Assembly (NCBI GenBank): GCA_001821765.1
Contig: MHOA01000001.1
Span: forward strand, 88,294-152,293
DNA length: 64,000 nucleotides
Reading direction: 5' to 3'
From: Candidatus Ryanbacteria bacterium RIFCSPLOWO2_12_FULL_44_26
GTDB taxonomy: Bacteria > Patescibacteriota > Minisyncoccia > Ryanbacterales > HO2-45-13
Shown: piece by piece, positions 39,377-48,170 of the stretch
Layout of the letters: the number at the start of each line of letters is the position of its first letter
How positions within the stretch are numbered: position 1 is the stretch's first letter
The notes under the pieces: generated by a model
The model's database searches: none
What the model saw: only the letters and a program-made list of their open reading frames with translations
What the model was told of the DNA's origin: nothing
Made by a program: the position numbers and the translations under genes

Positions 39377-39613
39377 TCACTCGTCGATCTGGACGTTATA
39401 TCTTCTGGCCATAACCAGTAAATATCTGTCTTCATCTCCGTGATAGCTGTCCTCAATCACCTGTATCGGATCCTTGTCGTCATTGAACATTTTCTCATAA
39501 ATAACAGCAAAGATTTCTTTTCTTTTCTCTTCACTTAACAACTTTTTCATTATTTTTCGCCGATCTTGTTTGTCATGCACTTCTTCCCTCCTTGAATTTC
39601 CCATGAAGCACAA
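39377..39613 (-). CDS. hypothetical small protein (78 aa)
   Basis: ORF plus terminator; charged, no motif. Confidence 0.4.
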   Translation of the reverse strand: MCFMGNSRREEVHDKQDRRKIMKKLLSEEKRKEIFAVIYEKMFNDDKDPIQVIEDSYHGDEDRYLLVMARRYNVQIDE

Positions 39614-39797
39614 TAATACACAAGAACTGCTTCTAGTGTTTTTATACTAGTAACCTTGATATATGTCAATAGTAATATGGTGACAGGAAACCATCTTACT
39701 TCTTATTAAACAGCATTATTGATGCTGTAAAGAGGCATATGGATGTCGCGAAATGGGTGATCATTTCATGAAAACACTGAAAAAAACATTGTATACT

Positions 39798-40283
39798 TCA
39801 TGATAAACGCGCATCCCAATCTTTTAAAAATTTACTGCTTGACCACTCTTTATCTAAACCCACGCCGGTTACAATCCTGATGTTATGGATTTTACACGTA
39901 TTCCACTCCGGAATTGTCTGTTCGTCCACCCTATCCCCTCCTTTTGTAAAAACATCCGGCCTGATCATTTCAAGGGCTTTACATATGGTCTGATCATTTT
40001 CTATCTCAAATGGGACAACAAAATCCACCCCTTTAACGGAGCTTACTACCAAACAGCGCGTGTGCAAATCCTGAAACGGTTTTCCTTTTTTTGCGGAAAG
40101 AAATGCGTCTCCATTAACCACCACGACCAGCGTATCGCCGTGCCGCTTGCTTTCCTGAAGATAGCTGATATGGCCCGGATGTATGGGATCAAATCCGCCG
40201 CTTGCAACAACAATTTTCCCCAAACGATCCCGTCGGAAATGTAAATCATCAATGCCAATGATTTCTCCTCCTAGAGACGGCAT
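39798..40283 (-). CDS. nucleotidyltransferase, RfaE/HldE domain II-like (heptose-1-phosphate adenylyltransferase-like)
   Basis: ASGGFDPIHPGH (H-x-G-H), VVVNGDAFLSAKKGKP, VDFVVPFE, TKGGD. Confidence 0.6.
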   Translation of the reverse strand: MPSLGGEIIGIDDLHFRRDRLGKIVVASGGFDPIHPGHISYLQESKRHGDTLVVVVNGDAFLSAKKGKPFQDLHTRCLVVSSVKGVDFVVPFEIENDQTICKALEMIRPDVFTKGGDRVDEQTIPEWNTCKIHNIRIVTGVGLDKEWSSSKFLKDWDARLS

Positions 40284-40353
40284 ATCCCAACAATAGCTGC
40301 TTATGTATTCAATGGCAAGCCCGCGCTATCTGTATGAATGCGCTTCATACATG

Positions 40354-41257
40354 TTATTGAACATATGTCAGCCATTTTTTATATGCCTTCCTCTCCCCTT
40401 TTACAATTTCTTCAAAATATGTTTTTACTCTTAACGTAACCGGACCGATGTTACCGTTATTGATAATTTTTTTGTCTATTTTTCCAACCGGCGTCACCTC
40501 CGCAGCAGTGCCCGTAAGAAAACATTCGTCGGCTTTATAGCAATCCTTCAGGTGAAACTTTTTTTCTCTTGCGCGTATTTTTAAATCTTTTGCAATTTGT
40601 ATAACGGCATTTCTTGTAATACCCGGCAAAATGTTGCCGAGGGGCGGAGTGCATAAGACGCCGTTTCGCACTATAAAAATGTTTTCTCCGGAACCTTCCG
40701 CCACAAAACCTTGTTGGGTAAGCAGCAATGCCTCATCATAACCGGCTTTTCTCGCTTCAAGGTGGGCTAAAACAGAATTGACATACGGTCCGCTTATTTT
40801 CGCGTTTGGGTTAAAAGACATCGGACTAAAACGCCTTATGTTTGCTGTTTTTATCTTTACTATCTGTTTCTTTAAATACTTTCCCCATGGAAGCACTATG
40901 ACTGCCAGATGCACTTTTGTTTTTTTTAGGATGAACTCCAAGAGCGCTTTTACCATAGAACATAATGGGTCTTATGTAGCCGGTTTGCAGTTTTTGGGCT
41001 TTTACGGTATCAATAACAGCTTTTTTGATACTTGAAGCTATCCATCTTGGTTTCATCCCAAAGGAATGGGCAGAATATATAAGACGCTTTATATGTTCGT
41101 CCAGCCGAAACACCGCGCTTCCGCTTTTGGTTTTATAAAATCTGATTCCTTCAAATGCCGCCGTCCCGTAGTGTAACGAATGGCTAAGCAAACTGATTCT
41201 TGCTTTGCTTTCTGGTCTTAATGTTCCATCAATCCAGATCATAAATATGTATTGCAA
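40354..41257 (-). pseudogene. ilvE: branched-chain amino acid aminotransferase split by a single-base frameshift in a homopolymer
   Basis: ORF 40826-41257 = BCAT N-terminus (GTAAFEGIRFY..RLDEHIKRL); ORF 40354-40956 = BCAT C-terminus (EGSGENIF..ILPGITR..TGTAAEV); frames differ by 1 across an A8 run (plus-strand T8 at 40920-40927); removing one base restores ..GVHPKKTKVHLAVIVLPWGKYL.. colinear with E. coli IlvE. Confidence 0.7.
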
Positions 41258-41276
41258 ATTTTATGCTAAACATTCT

Positions 41277-41996
41277 TTACGAACAGGTCGTCTTGCCCGC
41301 AAAAGGGGCTCCAAGCGCGGTATCGGCGCTGTCCACATCCCCATCGCCATCCCAGTCAGCATCAATACATTGAGGAAAAGCAGTCAAATCTGCACCCTCA
41401 CATGTTGTACGAAAATCGTTTAACTCTTGAACAGTAATATTTCCATCATGATCATTATTCTTATCCATCATAAGGTTTTGGTGAGTAAACACCCAGTACG
41501 GCCGCAAGGGGTTTTCCAATACTCCCCGCAGTAAATATCCCCTGCCGTCTTTACAGGGTTTATACATGTAATAGTGTGTTTTAGCGCCAGCGCCTGATGG
41601 ATCGGTCGGTAACTTGCTGATATATCCAGCATCAACCAACGGTTGCAAGTTGCTTGAAGAATACCAATAATCTCCGGGGGACGGGCCTGCGCTACTCCCC
41701 GGCCCTAAAGGACCAATGTCGCAATGGTCACCGACAGTAGATGATCGAAACCAGCCGAGGCTTGAGTCACAGTAATAATAGGGTTGGGTAAAGTTGCTGA
41801 AGGGGTAGTTATTTTGATCATTGTGATAAAATTCCAGTGCTTTTCGTATCTCTCTAAGATCTAAAATTCTTCTTGTGTCTCTTGCTTTTGACCGGAAACC
41901 GCTTACCGAAGGCGTAATAATGCTCGCCAACAAGGCAAGGATCGTTATAACAATTAACAATTCCAACAATGTAAATCCGTCCTCCTTTTTTTGCAT
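41277..41996 (-). CDS. type IV pilin-like protein (prepilin N-terminus) with C-terminal EF-hand/dockerin-like Ca-binding module
   Basis: MQKKEDG^FTLLELLIVITILA class III signal; C-terminus DKNNDHDGNITVQELNDF...DADWDGDGDVDSADTALGAPFAGKTTCS. Confidence 0.75.
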   Translation of the reverse strand: MQKKEDGFTLLELLIVITILALLASIITPSVSGFRSKARDTRRILDLREIRKALEFYHNDQNNYPFSNFTQPYYYCDSSLGWFRSSTVGDHCDIGPLGPGSSAGPSPGDYWYSSSNLQPLVDAGYISKLPTDPSGAGAKTHYYMYKPCKDGRGYLLRGVLENPLRPYWVFTHQNLMMDKNNDHDGNITVQELNDFRTTCEGADLTAFPQCIDADWDGDGDVDSADTALGAPFAGKTTCS

Positions 41997-42221
41997 TAAA
42001 TAAAATGAAGAAACAGCAAACCTATCTCTTTCACGCTAAAACCGGCCATGACAAGATAAGACATTGCCGAATAAGATGGGTATCCATATTTTAAGTATAT
42101 TCTTTACATAGCCCTTAAGCGAATGAAACCGCACTTCACATTGCTTATGAGAAGACAATATGTTGACGCACACAGGAATTGAGCCCGTGTTTCTGTTATC
42201 CGTCCATTACATTGAATCCTG

Positions 42222-42293
42222 TGACCCCTAGGGGAGTCGAACCCCTGTTTCATCCGTGAGAGGGATGCGTCCTAACCACTAGACGAAAGGGCC
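42222..42293 (-). tRNA. tRNA-Glu (anticodon CUC)
   Basis: Minus-strand cloverleaf GGCCCUU-UC-GUCU..AGGAC-G-CAUCC-CUCUCAC-GGAUG..AGGGG-UUCGACU-CCCCU-AGGGGUC-A. Confidence 0.85.
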
Positions 42294-42444
42294 ATACATT
42301 GAACGGATAAACGGATGCGCCATCAACATTTCTCACTTGGTGAAAATAAAAATGATTTTGTTTTAAGAGATTTTGAAAGAGGAGTAAACTACTACAGTAT
42401 AAAATATACACGCTTTTCTCCCAGATTTCAAATTTGAACATTAT

Positions 42445-43191
42445 TTACGAACATGTTGCCTTACCCGCAAAAGGGGCTCCAAGCGCGGTATCGGCAATGT
42501 CCACATCCCCATCACCGTCCCAGTCCGCATGAATGCATTCAGGGAAAGTGGATAAATTTGCCCCCTCACATGTTTTATAAGCAGTTAACTCTCCAGCAGT
42601 AATCGTTCCGTTATTATCCTTATCCATCATAAGGTTTTGGTGAGTAAACACCCAGTGCGGCCGTAAGGGATTTTCCAATACTCCCCGCAGTAAATATCCC
42701 CTGCCGTCTTTGCAGGGTTTATACATGTAATAGTGTGTTTTAGCGCCAGCGCCTGATGGATCGGTCGGTAACCTGCTGATATGTCCATTAACAACCAACG
42801 GTTGCAGGTTGCTCGTTGAATACCAATAATCGCCGGGGACTGGTTGGCCAGGATTAGACCCCGGCCCTAAAGGACCGATATAGCAATGATCAGAGGGAGA
42901 ATTTGATTGAAACCAGCCAAGGCTTGAGTCACAGTAACCATTTGGTGCAGTAAAGTTGCTGAAGGGGTAGCCACCAACGTCCACATTGTAAATTTCCAAA
43001 GCACGCCGTATTTGCATAAGGTCTGTAATTCTTCTGGCATTGCGCCCTTCCTGAAACCTTTTCAGCGGATTTAACGTGACAAAGATCATCCCTGCGATAA
43101 TGGCAGTAATTGAAATCACTATTAACACCTCAAGAAGCGTAAAGCCTTTTTTGCCGATAAAAAGGCGAAACCTATCAATGAATCTAAGCAT
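42445..43191 (-). CDS. type IV pilin-like protein, paralog of 41277-41996
   Basis: MLRFIDRFRLFIGKKG^FTLLEVLIV; canonical EF-hand loop DKDNNGTITAGE plus DADWDGDGDVDIADTALGAPFAGKATCS; start chosen at internal Met to abut murF stop. Confidence 0.75.
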   Translation of the reverse strand: MLRFIDRFRLFIGKKGFTLLEVLIVISITAIIAGMIFVTLNPLKRFQEGRNARRITDLMQIRRALEIYNVDVGGYPFSNFTAPNGYCDSSLGWFQSNSPSDHCYIGPLGPGSNPGQPVPGDYWYSTSNLQPLVVNGHISRLPTDPSGAGAKTHYYMYKPCKDGRGYLLRGVLENPLRPHWVFTHQNLMMDKDNNGTITAGELTAYKTCEGANLSTFPECIHADWDGDGDVDIADTALGAPFAGKATCS

Positions 43192-44500
43192 GAATGTGTA
43201 GGTTCTTTTTTTTCCAATAAGACTCCTGACGCACAAGAAGCGTTTCTGCTTGTGTATGATCCGCCATAACCGCTTCAGTTATTTTTTCCATCCTCATCGC
43301 CTGTGAACCCTTAATGAGCACAATCGTCCCCCTGCTTATCAGTTCATGGAGTTTTTTCCCGGCCTCGTTGGAATTTGAAAATTCAAAAATCTTTTCTTTA
43401 TCCATTCCCGCTGTAATTGCTCCTTCCGCTATAAACTTGGCGCGCGTTCCCACAACAAGCAATAAAGAACAAACAGTGCCCGCTTTTACGCCAATTGCGC
43501 GATGTTCCTGCACGGTGTATTTACCTATCTCCAACATATCCCCAAGCACCGCTATTTTTGCGTGAGTCGGCAGTTCCTCAAGCACTTCCAGAGCAGCTTT
43601 CATAGAAAGTGGCGAAGCATTATACGTGTCATCTAAAATGATGGAATGTTTCATACCCTCAATGAGTTTTAAACGTCCCGGAGACGCTTCATAATGGGAA
43701 AGCGCTTCTCCGATTTCAAGAAGATTTATGTTCCGTGAAATACCCGTAGCCGCCGCAGCCAGCGCGGCATAGACATGTTGTTTTCCTATAACTCCCGAGA
43801 TGCGTATAGGCAAAACATTTCCTTTATAGATAAGTTTGAACGTGATTCCCAAAGGAATCAAATGCCCTTCCTCTTTTTTTAAAGTAACCGCATAATTTGA
43901 AGCCTGTACGTGAGCTTTTTCATCAAAACCATACGTTAAAACAATTGCCGGCGTCTTATCCGCCAGCCCACGCACCGCAGGATCATCAAAATTGAGAATG
44001 GCATACCCATACATATCAAGCGGCCGCAAAATCTTTGATTTTTCATCAATGACTTCCTGCGGGCTCTGAAAGTATTCAACATGCACCGGAACCTCCCCAA
44101 TTGCTGTTATAACCGCAGTAGAAGGACGAATAATTTTAAGCAACATGTCAAGATTTCCGGGACGATCAATGCCCATCTCCAGCACAAATATTTCGGGATA
44201 TGGTTTAAAAGAGAACGCTCTTATCAGTCCCGCAAAAATATTTATAAACCATCCCATCGGCGAGCGAAAAGGGCTTGGGAGGCCTAACATTGCCAAAGGG
44301 ACTCCGATTTCACTATTATAGCTTTTTGGGCTTTTCGCGACTTTATAGCGGCTTTTTAATACCGTATAAATCGCCTCTTTCGCGGATGTTTTCCCCACAC
44401 TTCCGGTCACACCGATAATTGAAGGCTTAAACCGAAAAAGCACTATTTTCATTTCAATGTGCAAGATCCACAAAATAATTTTCTTAAAGATTTTTATCAT
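43184..44500 (-). CDS. murF: UDP-N-acetylmuramoyl-tripeptide--D-alanyl-D-alanine ligase
   Basis: GVTGSVGKTS P-loop, SYNSEIGVPLAML MurF hallmark. Confidence 0.8.
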   Translation of the reverse strand: MIKIFKKIILWILHIEMKIVLFRFKPSIIGVTGSVGKTSAKEAIYTVLKSRYKVAKSPKSYNSEIGVPLAMLGLPSPFRSPMGWFINIFAGLIRAFSFKPYPEIFVLEMGIDRPGNLDMLLKIIRPSTAVITAIGEVPVHVEYFQSPQEVIDEKSKILRPLDMYGYAILNFDDPAVRGLADKTPAIVLTYGFDEKAHVQASNYAVTLKKEEGHLIPLGITFKLIYKGNVLPIRISGVIGKQHVYAALAAAATGISRNINLLEIGEALSHYEASPGRLKLIEGMKHSIILDDTYNASPLSMKAALEVLEELPTHAKIAVLGDMLEIGKYTVQEHRAIGVKAGTVCSLLLVVGTRAKFIAEGAITAGMDKEKIFEFSNSNEAGKKLHELISRGTIVLIKGSQAMRMEKITEAVMADHTQAETLLVRQESYWKKKNLHIHA

Positions 44501-46191
44501 AATCTGTCAGGCGGAATTTCATAATATGAAAGCACGAATTGCATAAGTTCCCTGAAGGGCTCTGTGAGCGACTGGGAAGCATACCGTACGCCAACCGGCC
44601 TTTCAATATACATGTATATAAATACATGTGGATCAAAGGCGGGAGCAAAACCAACAAAAGAATGGATAAAATCTTCAGAATATCCTCTTGATTCCTTTAA
44701 TGGAACTTGCGCCGTGCCTGTTTTCGCAGCAACAGAGTATCCGGGTATTGCCGCTTTACCGTCATACAGTTTTTCATCAACAATATCCACCATCATCCGC
44801 GTAACAGTACGGGCAGCTTCTTCTGAAATAACCCTTCTTTTTATTTCCATAGAAGAATGATGCGTCTTATCTTCAGGTGTTTGTATTTTCTCCACAACAT
44901 ACGGTTTTAGCAAATTTCCTCCATTGGCAACCGCAGAGAGAGCCATGGTGATTCCTATTGGGGATACACTAATCCCCTGCCCAAAGGAAGCCGTCGCGTA
45001 CTCAATAGAACGGGGAGAATTGAGATTTTGGATATTGCCAGCAACTTCTCCCATAAGATCAATGCCCGTTTTTTCTCCAAGTCCAAACGCTCTGACATAT
45101 TCTCTAAATGTTTCCTTTCCCAATGCTTGCGCGACAAATACAGCGCCGGTATTGAGCGAATTCAACAATACCTGCCTTATATCAATATACCCTCTGCCTT
45201 TCGCGTCAAAGTTTTTTATTATATAATCATCAATTTCTATTTTCCCTGCATCAAAATATGTCGTATCCGGCGTAATGACCCCCTTATCAATACCTGCGGC
45301 AATGGTGATTGGTTTAAAAACCGATCCCATCTCAAAAATATGCTGTGTAAGCGGATTTACAAAAACACCGACATTTTCCGTATCATAATACTCATTGGGG
45401 TTATATGTTGGGTAAGCTGCCATGGCGATAATCCTGCCGGTCGTGGGATTAAGGACAATGATGCCTCCTCTTTCCGATTCCCATTTTTGAAGTGTTTGTT
45501 CCAGGATATATTCAGCAGTGGTCTGTACGGCAATATCAATGGTCAATATTAAGTCTCCCCCGCCGCTTTTATAGGTAATGGGGTTTTTAAAAAACGAAGC
45601 AATGCCGCCGTTGTTGCGGCTCATATTGAGCGCTGAACCATTCATGCTTAGCAAACTGTCATAGTACTGTTCAACGCCATATCTTCCTTTCATGCCTTCT
45701 TCACCGGAACCCACAAAGCCGAGTACGTGCGCCGCGAGCGATTCTCCCGGATAATAGCGAAGATTTTCTGTAATAAATACAATGCCCTCCGGAGCGTCCT
45801 TTTCAACCAATGCTTTTGTTTCAGCGTTTACCCTCCGCAGAATAATCTCAAACGGATCATCCTTCAAGGCTTTTTTATAAAACACGTCTTTATCAATCTT
45901 AAAAAAATTACTGAGATGAGCATATACTCTATCGGGATCTTTTACTGCCCGGGCATTAATGGCAAGCACGTAGAAAGGCTTTTCAGTTGCCGCAAGAAAA
46001 AGAGCGTCTTTGCTTTGAAAATAAATTCGTCCCCGTTCTTTTAAGGGACTGTGTTGTTCCTGCTGTTGATTATGAGAAAGTGCCTTGTATTGCTCTTTGT
46101 GTAAAACCTGCAAGTATACAAGGCGGCCCAGAATGACGACGAACACCAGTAAGAAAATCCACTGAATGATGTTAATCCGTGCCGGTCTCAT
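44497..46191 (-). CDS. ftsI: penicillin-binding protein (FtsI-type transpeptidase)
   Basis: SVFK, SLN, KTGTAQ; N-terminal TM; dcw operon position. Confidence 0.85.
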   Translation of the reverse strand: MRPARINIIQWIFLLVFVVILGRLVYLQVLHKEQYKALSHNQQQEQHSPLKERGRIYFQSKDALFLAATEKPFYVLAINARAVKDPDRVYAHLSNFFKIDKDVFYKKALKDDPFEIILRRVNAETKALVEKDAPEGIVFITENLRYYPGESLAAHVLGFVGSGEEGMKGRYGVEQYYDSLLSMNGSALNMSRNNGGIASFFKNPITYKSGGGDLILTIDIAVQTTAEYILEQTLQKWESERGGIIVLNPTTGRIIAMAAYPTYNPNEYYDTENVGVFVNPLTQHIFEMGSVFKPITIAAGIDKGVITPDTTYFDAGKIEIDDYIIKNFDAKGRGYIDIRQVLLNSLNTGAVFVAQALGKETFREYVRAFGLGEKTGIDLMGEVAGNIQNLNSPRSIEYATASFGQGISVSPIGITMALSAVANGGNLLKPYVVEKIQTPEDKTHHSSMEIKRRVISEEAARTVTRMMVDIVDEKLYDGKAAIPGYSVAAKTGTAQVPLKESRGYSEDFIHSFVGFAPAFDPHVFIYMYIERPVGVRYASQSLTEPFRELMQFVLSYYEIPPDRL

Positions 46192-46237
46192 TTATATTTA
46201 AACCTTTTTAAAAGAAAAAAATAAGAAAAAAGCAGGT

Positions 46238-46549
46238 TCAATTTGAAGATTCGGAAAGAAAACCGAATCTATGCGTTCTTCTCACAAATACTGGTTTTGT
46301 TTCCTGCACAAGGTCTGTGTTTTTAAGATATATCGTGGTTTTTGTTGTTGATAATTCAATATATTCAGCTTCAGCGGCGGTTGACACCAACGATGTTTCA
46401 TGTAAGACCGATTTTTTTTCTTTTAAGTCTAAAGCGATCACCATCCCTTGTTGTATTTGAAACAACCATAACATGATCAGCACAATAATGAGAATAATTC
46501 CCGTGAGCGTTTTCGCCGGTATGATGCGCTTTTTCATAGTCGTTCCCAT
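46238..46549 (-). CDS. ftsL: FtsL-like small membrane division protein
   Basis: 103 aa, single TM, position between rsmH and ftsI. Confidence 0.5.
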   Translation of the reverse strand: MGTTMKKRIIPAKTLTGIILIIVLIMLWLFQIQQGMVIALDLKEKKSVLHETSLVSTAAEAEYIELSTTKTTIYLKNTDLVQETKPVFVRRTHRFGFLSESSN

Positions 46550-47433
46550 ACTCGAAGCAACGCCGAGCGCGCCCTTGCGTTTATCATGACCTCGCTCCTA
46601 GTTGGCCGTTTTGCATGCTTCGTAATTATTTTTCCAAAAGCATTTTTTTCGTACTCTTTAAATGTTTCTTTCACTATTCTATGTTCAAGCGAATGAAATG
46701 AAATGACTACTACTCTTCCTCCTTTACCAACGACATGACATGCGGCTTGAAGTCCTTGGCGAAGGTTTTCCAGTTCTTTGTTGACTTTTATTCGAAGCGC
46801 CTGAAATGTTTTGGTTGCAAAGTAAATTTTTTTTCTTTTATACCATTGAGGCACGGCTTCTTTGATAATATCCACCAGATCAAACGTGGTTTGAATATTT
46901 CCTTTTTTCCTCGCATGACAAATAGCTTTTGCGATCTGCGGGGCAAATTGTTCTTCCCCATATGTTTTCAAAATTGTTTTGATTGTCTGATAGTCTGAAG
47001 AATTTACAATATCCGCAGCCATCATATCAATGTCTTTTGAAAAACGCATATCAAGCGGCTCATTTTTCTTAAATGAAAACCCTCTTTGAGATCGCTCAAC
47101 ATGAAAAGAACTTAACCCTAAATCAAACAATATGCCCTTTATGGGTTGGATTCCATATTTCTTGATAATGCTTTTCATATGTATATAGTTATTGTTTTCG
47201 ATAATTAAATTGTCGTTTTCCGGAATGAACGGGATAATGCTTTCATCTTGTTCAATACCCAATACTTTTCCATTTGGCTTTATTTTTTCTAAAATTATTC
47301 TTGCATGCCCGCCGCCGTCAATGGTCGCATCTATAAAATTTTCATTTGGTTTGGGGTCTAAAAAATAAATAACTTCTTTTTGCATTACCGGCGTATGAAG
47401 CTCGTCTTGCACAACACTCACATTCAACCACAT
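46534..47433 (-). CDS. rsmH: 16S rRNA (cytosine1402-N4)-methyltransferase
   Basis: HTPVMQKEV..FIDATIDGGGH. Confidence 0.9.
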   Translation of the reverse strand: MWLNVSVVQDELHTPVMQKEVIYFLDPKPNENFIDATIDGGGHARIILEKIKPNGKVLGIEQDESIIPFIPENDNLIIENNNYIHMKSIIKKYGIQPIKGILFDLGLSSFHVERSQRGFSFKKNEPLDMRFSKDIDMMAADIVNSSDYQTIKTILKTYGEEQFAPQIAKAICHARKKGNIQTTFDLVDIIKEAVPQWYKRKKIYFATKTFQALRIKVNKELENLRQGLQAACHVVGKGGRVVVISFHSLEHRIVKETFKEYEKNAFGKIITKHAKRPTRSEVMINARARSALLRVWERL

Positions 47434-47438
47434 CTACA

Positions 47439-47873
47439 CTAATACAGGCCCTGTTGGCCAAGTTCTTCGGCAAGCTCATCGGCTCTTTTTTCTGAAGTGG
47501 AGTTATACTGATTCCATTTTTCCTCATCCCAGATCTCCGCTCTTGTATAAACACCGGTAATGACAACTTTTTTGTTAAGACTGGCATAATTTTTTAAATG
47601 TTCAGGAATAAGGATTCTTCCTAAACTGTCAATTTCAGATTCCCCTGCCCCGGAAAGCATTATTCGCACAAATTGACGAATCTTGGGTTGACCAATTGAA
47701 AGATGACTTAGTTTCTGTGCTATGGCTTGCCATTCTTCAATGGAATATATGAATAAACACTGATCAAGGCCTCTTGTGATGATTATTCTGTCTCCCAGTA
47801 CTTTTCGCATTTTTGCCGGAATAGAAACTCTTCTTTTCTTATCAATACTGTGTTTGTATTCTCCAATAAGCAT
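47439..47873 (-). CDS. mraZ: transcriptional regulator MraZ
   Basis: Two DxxxR-type repeats (SIDKKRRVSIP / LDSLGRILIP). Confidence 0.85.
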   Translation of the reverse strand: MLIGEYKHSIDKKRRVSIPAKMRKVLGDRIIITRGLDQCLFIYSIEEWQAIAQKLSHLSIGQPKIRQFVRIMLSGAGESEIDSLGRILIPEHLKNYASLNKKVVITGVYTRAEIWDEEKWNQYNSTSEKRADELAEELGQQGLY

Positions 47874-47940
47874 GTCCGTGTTTTTAGACCGATAATGAGC
47901 ATTTCATTTCTGGGAAGGTGAAATTTGCCTCATATCTTGA

Positions 47941-48000
47941 CTTATCCACTTTATCCACAGATTTATCCACAATTTACCACTTTATTAACATTGTAAACCA
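47941..48000 (-). promoter_or_regulatory. MraZ operator-like direct repeats upstream of mraZ
   Basis: On the mraZ strand GTGGTAAATT-GTGGATAAATCT-GTGGATAAA-GTGGATAAG: four GTGG(A/T)TAA repeats at about 10-nt pitch, 70-130 nt upstream of the start. Confidence 0.5.
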
Positions 48001-48170
48001 CTTTTTAAACATTTGTAAAGTGTTTTTATATAAATAAAAAACGCCATAGAATAAGGAATTCTATGACGTTTATCCACATGGGTTCCTTTCCTGCCATAAA
48101 GGAACCAATATCTCGCTTTATGAGCAGTCAATATAAAAAGAAAACCCTTATGAGATGTATGGGTTGCATA

